Below, in pieces: positions 36,479 to 44,819 of a DNA stretch of 51,000 nt. The translations under genes were made by a program, and so were the position numbers. The stretch's first letter is position 1. Each line of letters starts with the position of its first letter. A model generated the notes under the pieces. That model did not search any database. It saw only the letters and a list, made by a program, of their open reading frames with translations, and was not told where the DNA came from. This DNA comes from an uncultured Gaiellales bacterium (lineage in GTDB: Bacteria > Actinomycetota > Thermoleophilia > Gaiellales > Gaiellaceae), in contig CAZUVW010000002.1 of NCBI GenBank assembly GCA_964623875.1, positions 1 through 51,000 of the forward strand, read 5' to 3'.

Positions 36479-37492
36479 TCACACGTCGAGCGCGGTCAGC
36501 AGCAGATCGAGCATCAGGGCGGGATCGCGGAACGGTGGGGGCGCGCCGGGCTTCCGCTTGACCGGCGCGAACGAGGCCGCATCGTCGAGCAGCCGGAGGC
36601 GCCCGTCCGCCACGAGGCCCTCGTCCACCGCCCCCAGCTCTCCCGCGAACGTCGTCCACACGGGCGTGCCGAGCGCGACTGCCTCGCGGTTCATCGTCCC
36701 GCCGGCCGACACGACCGCGTCGGCGAGCGCCACGAGCGTCCGCGCGTCGACCGCGCGCTCGGGGACGACGAGGGACGGCAGGCCGAGCGCGACGATCGCG
36801 GCGCGCTGCTCGGGGGTACGTGGCAGCACGACCGCCTGGACCCCGGGGTCACGGCCGAGCCGCTGGAGGAGCTCGGCGAACAGCGGGTTGCCGTGCCGGT
36901 GGTAGAGCGAGACCTCGGGCGGCGTGCGCACGACCACCTGCACGCGGGCGGGATCGAGACCCAGCGCTGCGGGGACGGCAGGGTCGGGGTCGAAGCCTGC
37001 GAGCGCGTACTCCTCCTTCAGCCCTGGGTAGCGGCGCACCTTGGCCGCGTGCGCTCCGAGCCGGTCGAGCCGCTCCTGCGGGATCGCCTCCGGCACGACC
37101 ACTCGCGTCGCCGCGTGCGAGCCGATGGTGTGCTGCGCACGGGCGAACTCGTAGTCGTAGGCGTAGGACGACGGGATCCGCAGCGACCGCGCTGCGAGCG
37201 GGAGCTCGTGCGACGCGTGCGACAGCGCCACGTCGAAGCCGCGCCCGCGCGCGAACGCGCGGAGGGCTCGTAGCCGCGACCCCATCGCGCGCACCTTGCC
37301 CGCGCGTGACGCGCCGCCGTGCGGCGGGCCGACCACCGTGTGCTCCAGGCCTGCGTCGGCCAGCAGCTCGAGCGTCTGGGCGAAGTCGCGCGCCGACAGC
37401 ACCACCTCGTGCCCGCGCTCCTCGAGGAGGGCCACGAGGGGACGGAAGAAGACCACCTGCGGCGAGTTCGTGACGTCGATCCAGACTCTCAT
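36479..37492 (-). CDS. DUF354 family GT-B-like protein
   Basis: VWID..N.PQV.FF, AR, D.E, YPG.KE, SAGGTMNREAVALGTP. Confidence 0.85.
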   Translation of the reverse strand: MRVWIDVTNSPQVVFFRPLVALLEERGHEVVLSARDFAQTLELLADAGLEHTVVGPPHGGASRAGKVRAMGSRLRALRAFARGRGFDVALSHASHELPLAARSLRIPSSYAYDYEFARAQHTIGSHAATRVVVPEAIPQERLDRLGAHAAKVRRYPGLKEEYALAGFDPDPAVPAALGLDPARVQVVVRTPPEVSLYHRHGNPLFAELLQRLGRDPGVQAVVLPRTPEQRAAIVALGLPSLVVPERAVDARTLVALADAVVSAGGTMNREAVALGTPVWTTFAGELGAVDEGLVADGRLRLLDDAASFAPVKRKPGAPPPFRDPALMLDLLLTALDV

Positions 37493-38640
37493 CGCAGCCA
37501 CCGGTCCTCCCGCTGGAGCCACTCCACGAGGAACGGCTCTGCGATGGCGTACCCGCCCGCGGGGACACGGGCGATCACCCCCGCGCGGTCGAGCGACGCG
37601 ACGGCCCGCTGCACCGAGGCCGCGGCCGGGAGCCCGTGCCGTCGGCGGTAGGCCTCCCCGTACACGCCGCCCGGCTCGGCCGCCAGGGCGAGCAGGAGGA
37701 GCCGCTCGTTCGGGGTCGCATCCTCCCAGAGGCGCGCCAGGTTGTTGTGCTCGGAGCGCAGCACCTGGGCCAGCGCCAGCTCGACGTCCGCGCCGCGGGC
37801 GGCATGACCGAGCGGCACCAGCTCCCAGGTGAAGTACGCGAGCTCCTGCGTCGCGTACGGATGGCCGTCGGTCAGCTCGAGCAGCCGTGCGAGCGCGTCG
37901 TCGTCGATCGCCCGCTCCGTCGATGCGAAGCGCTCGGTCACGAACGGCGCGACGTGCTCCTCCGGAAGGCGGCCGAGCTCGACCTGCTTCGCCGACCGCC
38001 AGAAGGGGGCGTTGCGATCCTCGAAGATCTGCTGCAGCACGTGGCGTCGGCTGCCGAGGTAGACGTGTGCCACTTCGGGCTGCGTCTGGAACACCGCCCG
38101 CATCACGTTCGGCAGCGTCTCGTCGAGCGTCAGCACCTCCTGGAACTCGTCGAGCACGAGACAGACGCGGCGACCCCGGTCGGCGGCGATCTCAGCCGGG
38201 AGCTCGAGCAGCCGCTCGATCGTCGCGTCGATGTCGGCGGCTCGCCGGACCGGCTCGAAGACGAACCGCAGGTCGCCGTCCACGTCCACCTCGACCGTGG
38301 GGCGCACGCGGAGCCCGCGGAAGAGCCCGGCGACGCGCTCGAGCGCCTCGCCGAGCGGGGAGGCCAGCTCGTCGTAGATGGTCTTGGCGAGGGCCGCCGC
38401 GAAGCGGGTCTTGGTCGGCGTCCGCATCAGGTCGCAGTACGCGACGAGCACCCCTTGGGATGCCGCCTCCCCCGCGGCGCGCAGGGCGAGCGAGGTCTTG
38501 CCATACCGTCGCGGCGCGATCACCACGACGTCCTGCCCGCTGGCGAGATCGCCGACGAGCGCGCGCAGCTCGTCCTCGCGGTCGGCGAACCGCTCGTCGA
38601 GCGCGAGCGCGCCGAAGGTGAACGGGTTGACGTTTCGCAC
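37489..38640 (-). CDS. P-loop ATPase (archaeal-ATPase/STAND-like) with probable C-terminal wHTH
   Basis: NPF.FG...F.DRE.EL, Walker A APRRYGKTS, Walker B VLDEFQ, GHPY..Q, PF...W. Confidence 0.88.
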   Translation of the reverse strand: MRNVNPFTFGALALDERFADREDELRALVGDLASGQDVVVIAPRRYGKTSLALRAAGEAASQGVLVAYCDLMRTPTKTRFAAALAKTIYDELASPLGEALERVAGLFRGLRVRPTVEVDVDGDLRFVFEPVRRAADIDATIERLLELPAEIAADRGRRVCLVLDEFQEVLTLDETLPNVMRAVFQTQPEVAHVYLGSRRHVLQQIFEDRNAPFWRSAKQVELGRLPEEHVAPFVTERFASTERAIDDDALARLLELTDGHPYATQELAYFTWELVPLGHAARGADVELALAQVLRSEHNNLARLWEDATPNERLLLLALAAEPGGVYGEAYRRRHGLPAAASVQRAVASLDRAGVIARVPAGGYAIAEPFLVEWLQREDRWLR

Positions 38641-38696
38641 AGGTGCATTATGCATCTCTGCGTATCGCACGCGGCAGGTGAGGCGAAGGACGCGAG

Positions 38697-38711
38697 ATAC
38701 GGTTTGCTCAT
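38697..38711. promoter_or_regulatory. Putative LysR autoregulatory box
   Basis: ATACG-N5-CTCAT (T-N11-A) covers the TACGGT -10 and start of lysR; matches 41118-41132. Confidence 0.5.
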
Positions 38712-39636
38712 GGACACGCGTCAGCTGGCTGCGTTCTGCGCGGTCGTCGAGCGACGGTCGTTCTCGCAGGCCGCCGAGCGGCTCGGGGTGACGCAGCCCG
38801 CCGTCTCGCTCCAGGTGCGGGCGCTGGAGAAGCGGCTGGGGCACCAGCTGCTCGACCGCTCCGGTCGGCGCGTCGAGCCCACGGAGGCGGGCTGGCGGCT
38901 CTACCGTGGCGCACAGCGGATGCTGCGGGTCGAGGAGCAGCTGCTCGACGACATCGCGGCCGAGGCCGACGGAGAGCTCGCGGGTCTGCTGTCGCTCGGC
39001 GCCTCGACCGGGCCGGCGGCGGTCGTGGTGCCGCGCCTGGTGTGCGAGTTCCACCTCCGTCACCCGGCAGTCCGCGTCGTGCTCGAGGTGCACGACACGC
39101 AGACGGTCGTCGACCTCGTCGCCGAGCGCCAGCTCGAGCTCGGCATCGTCGGCGCCGCGCCCCGGCACCGCGGCGTCCGCTTCGAGGCGCTCGCGGAGGA
39201 CGAGGTGATCCTCGTCGGCCCGCCGGGGCATCCACGGGCGGGCGGCTCGATCCCGCCCCAGGCGCTCCGGGAGGAGACGCTGATCCTGATGCAGGAGGGC
39301 GCCGGCGTTCGTCAGGTCGTTGAGGACGAGCTGCGGCGGCTCGGCGTGCGGGCGGCGGACCTCGACGTTCGGCTCGAGCTCGGGCTGCAGGAGTCCGTCC
39401 GCAGCGCCGTGCTCGCGGGGTATGGCATCGCCTTCATCTCGAAGGCCTCGGTGGAGGCGGAGCTCGCGCGCGGTGCGCTCGCCAGGATCGCCGTCGAGGG
39501 CATGGACGTGCGACGCGAGATCGTGCTCGCACGCGGCACCGGACGGGTGCCGTCCCGTGTGGCGGAGGCGTTCGCCGCCTTCGCCCTGGCGTCCGCCGCG
39601 GCCGAGGACGGCTCGGGCGCCGGACTCGAGCCGTGA
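38710..39636 (+). CDS. LysR-family regulator (CysL-like)
   Basis: SFSQAAERLGVTQPAVSLQVRALEKRLG..L.DR, GAST.P, EGAG.R, E....AV.AG.G..FIS. Confidence 0.93.
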   Translation: MDTRQLAAFCAVVERRSFSQAAERLGVTQPAVSLQVRALEKRLGHQLLDRSGRRVEPTEAGWRLYRGAQRMLRVEEQLLDDIAAEADGELAGLLSLGASTGPAAVVVPRLVCEFHLRHPAVRVVLEVHDTQTVVDLVAERQLELGIVGAAPRHRGVRFEALAEDEVILVGPPGHPRAGGSIPPQALREETLILMQEGAGVRQVVEDELRRLGVRAADLDVRLELGLQESVRSAVLAGYGIAFISKASVEAELARGALARIAVEGMDVRREIVLARGTGRVPSRVAEAFAAFALASAAAEDGSGAGLEP

Positions 39637-40673
39637 GCGCGCAGGGGCGCCGCACGATTCGCTTCGGCGCGGGCGCCCTCGGCGAGCTCGGGGCGCTGCT
39701 GGCGGAGCTGAGGATCGAGCGGGCGCTGCTCGTCTGCTCCGCGCGGTCGGCGCCGCTGGCGACGGCGCTCCCGGTGGTCGGCGCCTTCACCGGCGTCCGG
39801 CCGCACGTGCCAGAGGCCACGGTCGTCGAGGCGGCGGCGCTCGTCGAGGGCCTCGGCGCCGACGGCCTCGTGGGGCTGGGCGGCGGGGCAGCGATCGACA
39901 CCTGCAAGGCGGTCGTGGCGCGGCTCGCGGCCGAGCGCGCAGACGGGCGCCTGCCGGCCGTCGTCGCCGTGCCGACGACCTATGCCGGCGCCGAGTGGAC
40001 GCCGTACTTCGGCATGCTCCTCGGGCCGGGGCGGAAGGGTGGCGGTGCTCACCCGGCTGCGGCGCCGGTCGCCGCCGTCTACGACCCGGAGCTCACGCTC
40101 GGGCTGCCGGTCGCGGAGACCGTCGGCACCGCGCTCAACGCCCTCGCGCACTGCGCCGAGGCGTACTACCACCCCTCTGCGAGCGAGCGAGCGGCCCGTC
40201 ATGCCGACACCGGCGCGACGGCGATCTCCTACGCGCTCCCGCTGGTCGTCGCCCGGCCGGAGGCGATCTACGGGCGCACGCGGCTCTTGGAGGGCGCGAT
40301 GCGGGCGGCTCTCGCGCTCGCGGAGTCGGGTCTCTGTCTCGGCCACGCCATGGCGCAGGGCGTCGGGGGCCGGTACGGAGTGGCTCAGGGGGCGGCGAAC
40401 GCGGTCTGCCTGCCGGCGGCGCTGCGCTTCAACGCGGTCGCCGTGCCGGCCGCGGTCGAGCGCTTCGCCGCGGCGCTCGGCGACGAGGACGCTGCGCGTC
40501 GGTGCGCCGCGCTCGCCGCGCTCGGAGGCTTCGGCCGTCTCCGCGACCTGGGCGTCCCCGGAGACGACCTCGGCGGCCTCGCCGAGGCGATCGCGGCCCG
40601 GCCCGGTGCCCGAGCGAACCCGCGCCCCGCCGACGCGACAACGATCGAGGGGCTGTTGCGGGAGGTCTGGTAG
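39633..40673 (+). CDS. Fe-ADH superfamily, maleylacetate-reductase-like NADH oxidoreductase
   Basis: GLGGGAAID..K, PTTYAGAE, YDPELT, NALAHCAE, ANPRP. Confidence 0.88.
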   Translation: MSAQGRRTIRFGAGALGELGALLAELRIERALLVCSARSAPLATALPVVGAFTGVRPHVPEATVVEAAALVEGLGADGLVGLGGGAAIDTCKAVVARLAAERADGRLPAVVAVPTTYAGAEWTPYFGMLLGPGRKGGGAHPAAAPVAAVYDPELTLGLPVAETVGTALNALAHCAEAYYHPSASERAARHADTGATAISYALPLVVARPEAIYGRTRLLEGAMRAALALAESGLCLGHAMAQGVGGRYGVAQGAANAVCLPAALRFNAVAVPAAVERFAAALGDEDAARRCAALAALGGFGRLRDLGVPGDDLGGLAEAIAARPGARANPRPADATTIEGLLREVW

Positions 40674-40677
40674 CGCG

Positions 40678-41067
40678 CTACGCAGGGTCCGCGGCGGTCT
40701 GCACCGCGGCGACGACGCGGCGCAGCGACACGACGCCGACGACGGCACCGCCGGGATCGACCACGGGCAGGTGCCGGAACCCGTGCGCGATCATCATCTC
40801 CGCCGCGTCCTCGGCATCCATGTCGGCGGCGACGGTGACCGGGTCCTCCGTCATCCACTCCCGCACCCTCGCGTCGGAGGTGTGCACCCGCGCCGCCATG
40901 GCGCGCAGGAGGTCGCGCTCGGTGAGGATGCCGATCAGCCGGCCGAAGTCCTTGACCGCGACGGCGCCCATGTCGAGCGCGGTCATCCGCTCGGCGACCT
41001 CGCCCAGCGTGTCCTCGGGTGCGACTTCGACGAACTCGGAGCGCATGATGTCGGCGATGCTCGGCAC
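40678..41067 (-). CDS. Stand-alone CBS-pair protein
   Basis: IADIM, GILTERDL, VREWMT.DP, FRHLPVVD. Confidence 0.92.
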   Translation of the reverse strand: MPSIADIMRSEFVEVAPEDTLGEVAERMTALDMGAVAVKDFGRLIGILTERDLLRAMAARVHTSDARVREWMTEDPVTVAADMDAEDAAEMMIAHGFRHLPVVDPGGAVVGVVSLRRVVAAVQTAADPA

Positions 41068-41117
41068 GGGACGAGTCTATCGCGGTGCTGCGCATTGCGT
41101 GGGTACCGGTCTGGTGA

Positions 41118-41156
41118 ATAAGAGTGTCTAATGCATGTCATTAGCCATGATAGGGT
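41118..41156 (+). promoter_or_regulatory. LysR-type boxes and leaderless -10 of the comA operon
   Basis: ATAAG-N5-CTAAT (41118-41132), weaker repeat 22 bp later (41140-41154), TAGGGT -10 6 nt before GTG 41163. An AT-rich island in a GC-rich genome. Confidence 0.55.
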
Positions 41157-41162
41157 TCCCCC

Positions 41163-42368
41163 GTGACGCCGCCACCGGCTCTCGACGTGCTCGTGATCGG
41201 CTCCGGCGCAGCCGGGCTCGCTGCTGCCACCGCGGCCGCCGCCGCCGGAGCACGGGTGGTGCTCGCCACCAAGGGCGCTCTGCAGGCGAACAACTCGTCG
41301 AAGGCCCAGGGTGGCATCCAGGCAGCCGTGGCGCCCGACGACGCGCCCGAGGTCCACTTCGCCGACGTCATGCGCTCCTCGCGCGACACTGCCGACCCGG
41401 CGCTCGTCGAGGCGCTGGTGGGCGACGCGCCGAGCGCGATCGCCTGGCTCGAGCAGCTCGGGTGCGCGTTCACGCGCGAGAACGGCTCGTACCGCGTCGC
41501 CCGCTGCGGCGGGGCGACCCGGAAGCGCCTCCTGCAGGTCGGCGACCGCACCGGGCACGCGATCGTCAAGGCGCTGCGCGGCGGCCTCGGCGCGACCAGC
41601 GCGGAGGTGCTGGAGCACCACGCCCTCGTCGGGCTGGCGTCGGGCGCGCACGGCTGGTGCGCGGAGCTCGAGCGCCCGGACGGCGAGCGCGTCCTGCTCG
41701 AGGCTGCGACGATCGTGCTCGCTGCGGGCGGCCGCTGCTACGCCGAGGCCGCCGAGCGGGGCGAGCTCTCGACCAACCACCCGAACGCGACCGGCGAGGT
41801 GACGCGCATCGCGCTGGACGCCGGAGCGAAGGCGCGCGACCTCGACGCGCTCCAGTACCACCCGAACGGCGGGGCCTGGCCCGCGACGATGCAGGGCTAT
41901 GCGATCCCGGAGACGACGCGGGCCTACGGCGCCGTGCTGCTGAACGCCGACCGGGAGGAGTTCACGGACTCGCTCGGGCCCCGGGACGAGGTCGCCCGCG
42001 CGATCGTCGAGGAGGTCGAGCGCGGCAAAGGGGTGCAGACGCCGGACGGACGCCCCGCCGTGTGGCTCGACACCACGCGGATCCGGACGGCGGACGCCGA
42101 GATCTCGCTGCCCTACATGCTCCGCCGCTTCCGGGGCGCCGGCATCGACCCCCTGACCGAGCCGCTCATGACCTATCCCGTCCTCCACTACCAGAACGGC
42201 GGGCTGGTGATCGACCCGTCCGCCGAGACCACGCTCGAGGGCGTCTTCGCGTGCGGCGAGATCGCCGGCGGCACCCACGGGCGCAACCGCATGATGGGCA
42301 ACTCCCTGCTGGAATGCGTCGTCTTCGGCCGACGGGCCGGCACGTGCGCTGCTGCCGCAGCGCACTAG
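41163..42368 (+). CDS. SdhA/FrdA/NadB-family flavoprotein, short (401 aa), non-covalent FAD
   Basis: GSGAAG, SSKAQGGI, QYHP, LGPRDEVAR, HYQNGG, GE...G.HG.NRMMGNSL. Confidence 0.9.
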   Translation: MTPPPALDVLVIGSGAAGLAAATAAAAAGARVVLATKGALQANNSSKAQGGIQAAVAPDDAPEVHFADVMRSSRDTADPALVEALVGDAPSAIAWLEQLGCAFTRENGSYRVARCGGATRKRLLQVGDRTGHAIVKALRGGLGATSAEVLEHHALVGLASGAHGWCAELERPDGERVLLEAATIVLAAGGRCYAEAAERGELSTNHPNATGEVTRIALDAGAKARDLDALQYHPNGGAWPATMQGYAIPETTRAYGAVLLNADREEFTDSLGPRDEVARAIVEEVERGKGVQTPDGRPAVWLDTTRIRTADAEISLPYMLRRFRGAGIDPLTEPLMTYPVLHYQNGGLVIDPSAETTLEGVFACGEIAGGTHGRNRMMGNSLLECVVFGRRAGTCAAAAAH

Positions 42369-42399
42369 GAGAGCTGCAGACCTCGACCAGGAGACAACC

Positions 42400-43305
42400 G
42401 TGTCGGACACCGTGACCTCCCCTAGCAGCTTGCAGGACGTAGTCCTGGAAGCTGCCGCGCACCTGTACGTCTGGGCGCTGAAGGACATCCCGCAGGATCT
42501 GCGCGACGCGCTCGGGGAGGCGCTCGAGCGCGAGACCTCCGTGCCCGGGATCCGGGTGCTCGAGACCATCCACCGCAACGTCCAGATCGCGGACGAGCAG
42601 CGCAACCTCGTCTGCCAGGACACCGGGATCGCCGTGTACTACTGCCGCGTCGGAGAGCACTTCCCGCTGCACCCGGCCCGGATCTACGCGTCGCTGAAGA
42701 GCGGCACCGAGCGGGCGACGGTCGAGCACCCGCTGCGGTCGAACACGGTCCACACCCTCACGCGCGAGAACACCGGCGCGAACGTCGGCTATCGCGTCCC
42801 GATCGTCCACTGGGACTTCGTCCCCGACTGGGACGGCCTCGACGTGAAGTGCGTGCCGAAGGGGTCGGGCTCGGAGAACATGACGTTCCTGAAGATGCTC
42901 GTCCCGGCCGACGGGGTGAAGGGGATCAAGAAGTTCGTGCTCGAGTCGATCGTCGGCGCCGGCGGCAAGCCGTGCCCGCCGGGGATCGTGGGGATCGGGA
43001 TCGGCGGCTCGGCCGACTACGCGATGCACCTCGCCAAGGAGGCGATCGCGCGACCCGTCGGCACCAGGAACGCCGACCCGCTCGTCGCCCAGCTGGAGGA
43101 CGAGCTCTACGACCTGCTCAACCAGACGGGGATCGGGCCGATGGGGCTCGGCGGCGACGTGACCGTGCTCCAGTGCCACATCGAGCACGCGGACACCCAC
43201 ATGACGCTCAACCCCGTGGCGGTCAACTACCAGTGCTGGGCAGCCCGGCGCGCGTCGGCGCACATCGGCGCCGACGGCACCGTCGACTTCGACAGGGAGT
43301 TCTGA
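42400..43305 (+). CDS. Class I fumarase / L-tartrate dehydratase alpha-type Fe-S hydro-lyase subunit
   Basis: CQDTG, KGSGSEN, GKPCPP, G.GPMGLGG, QCWAARR. Confidence 0.93.
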   Translation: MSDTVTSPSSLQDVVLEAAAHLYVWALKDIPQDLRDALGEALERETSVPGIRVLETIHRNVQIADEQRNLVCQDTGIAVYYCRVGEHFPLHPARIYASLKSGTERATVEHPLRSNTVHTLTRENTGANVGYRVPIVHWDFVPDWDGLDVKCVPKGSGSENMTFLKMLVPADGVKGIKKFVLESIVGAGGKPCPPGIVGIGIGGSADYAMHLAKEAIARPVGTRNADPLVAQLEDELYDLLNQTGIGPMGLGGDVTVLQCHIEHADTHMTLNPVAVNYQCWAARRASAHIGADGTVDFDREF

Positions 43306-43360
43306 TGAGACACGACACCGTTCGCCTGCGCGACCCCCGCCGAGTGGCCCGCCGCGTGCC

Positions 43361-43391
43361 ACCGGCAAGTGACAAGTTGTCACTTGCCGGT
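43361..43391. repeat. Perfect 31-bp palindrome between the hydro-lyase subunits
   Basis: ACCGGCAAGTGACAA-G-TTGTCACTTGCCGGT. Confidence 0.85.
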
Positions 43392-43447
43392 CTCGTCGTC
43401 GTGCGCTGCGGGCCGGTGGCCGGGCGCCACGAAGGAGGTTCGCGCTG

Positions 43448-44050
43448 ATGGCGACGCACGAGGTGACCTTCCCGATCACCGATCCGGCGGAGATCCTGAA
43501 GCTCCGCGCCGGCGACGAGGTGGTCGTCCAGGGCCACATCATCGGCATCCGCGACCGGACGCAGATCCGCATCTTCGACCAGGGAGTGCCGCCGCCGATG
43601 GATCTCACCGGCGCGTTCCTGCTGCACACCGCGCCCAACGTGCGCAAGGTCGGCGAGGACGCCGAGGGCAGGGGCCGCTACGAGAAGATCTGCATCGGCA
43701 CCACGACGAGCGCGCGCATGGTGCGCTTCACGGAGGGGCTGGGCGCGCAGTACGGCGTTCGGGCGATCTGCGGCAAGGGCGGCTTCCCCGACGAGGCGAT
43801 CGAGCCGATGCAGCGGCTGGGGATGGTCTACTTCGCCATCGTCGGCGGAGCGGCTGCGCTCGAGACGACGCAGATCGAGGAGATCGAGGAGGTCGCCTGG
43901 GAGGAGCTGATGCCCGAGTGCCTCTGGAGGTTCCGGGTCAAGGACTTCGGGCCGCTGACGGTCGGCATCGACGCGCACGGCGGCTCCCTCTACCGCGACG
44001 TGCAGAACCGCGCGCAGCAGAAGCTGGAGGAGCTCTATGCCACCCTTTGA
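43448..44050 (+). CDS. Class I fumarase / tartrate dehydratase beta-type subunit
   Basis: L.AGD.V...G.I...RD, TTTSARM, GKGG, GGAAA, L.MPE.LW...V.DFGPL.V.ID.HG. Confidence 0.93.
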   Translation: MATHEVTFPITDPAEILKLRAGDEVVVQGHIIGIRDRTQIRIFDQGVPPPMDLTGAFLLHTAPNVRKVGEDAEGRGRYEKICIGTTTSARMVRFTEGLGAQYGVRAICGKGGFPDEAIEPMQRLGMVYFAIVGGAAALETTQIEEIEEVAWEELMPECLWRFRVKDFGPLTVGIDAHGGSLYRDVQNRAQQKLEELYATL

Positions 44051-44816
44051 GGACGGATTCCTCGGCGTGCCCGCCCGACCCGGGAAGCCCCGGGAGACCG
44101 GGCTCACGCACGTGATGGACAAGGGCCTCAACCTGCGCGACATCGAGGGCCTGTTCGACACCGCAGGGCAGTTCGTCGACATCGTCAAGTTCGGCTGGGG
44201 CACGAGCTACGTCACGAACAACCTCGAGAAGAAGATCGCGCTCTACCGCTCGTTCGAGACGCCCGTCGTCTGCGGCGGAACGCTGTTCGAGGCCGTGTAC
44301 GCCCGTGACCGCATGGACGAGTTCAAGGCGTGGCTGCAGCACCACCGCTTCTCGCACGTCGAGATCTCGGACGGGACGCTCGAGATCCCGCGCGAGCGCA
44401 AGCTCGAGCTGATCGCGGACTTCGCCCGCGACTTCACGGTGCTCTCCGAGGTCGGGTCGAAGGACTCGGACGTCGTCTACGCCCCGTACCAGTGGGTCGA
44501 GTGGATCAAGGAGGAGCTCACGGCGGGCTCGTGGAAGGTGATCACGGAGGGTCGCGAGGGCGGCACCGCGGGGATCTTCCGCTCGGACGGCGACATGCGC
44601 ACCGGGCTGATCGACGAGATCGCCCACGGCGTGTCGGTCGACGACGTGCTCTTCGAGGCGCCGACGAAGGCGTCCCAGGCGTGGTTCGTGAAGACCTTCG
44701 GGCCGAACGTCAACCTCGGCAACATCCCGCCCGACGAGGTGATCCCGCTCGAGACGCTGCGTCTCGGCCTCCGCGGCGACACGCTGCGCGAGGTGCTGCT
44801 CGGCGCCGACGCCTAG
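44037..44816 (+). CDS. comA: Phosphosulfolactate synthase
   Basis: KPR..GLT.VMDKG, KFGWGTS, GGTLFE, EISDG, SEVGSK, EGRE.G, FEAP, VNLGNI, LETLRLGLRGDT. Confidence 0.95.
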   Translation: MPPFEDGFLGVPARPGKPRETGLTHVMDKGLNLRDIEGLFDTAGQFVDIVKFGWGTSYVTNNLEKKIALYRSFETPVVCGGTLFEAVYARDRMDEFKAWLQHHRFSHVEISDGTLEIPRERKLELIADFARDFTVLSEVGSKDSDVVYAPYQWVEWIKEELTAGSWKVITEGREGGTAGIFRSDGDMRTGLIDEIAHGVSVDDVLFEAPTKASQAWFVKTFGPNVNLGNIPPDEVIPLETLRLGLRGDTLREVLLGADA

Positions 44817-44819
44817 GCC

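Noticed and set aside
41163-42368. nadB or sdhA/frdA assignment
   Set aside because: No nadA/nadC or sdhB/C neighbours. It lacks the NadB EGGH motif, the covalent-FAD His and the C-terminal domain.
44037-44816. Canonical coenzyme M or Bacillus-type sulfolactate biosynthesis cluster
   Set aside because: No comB, comC, comDE, xcbC, xcbD, xcbE or alkene-metabolism genes in the window. They could lie elsewhere in the genome.
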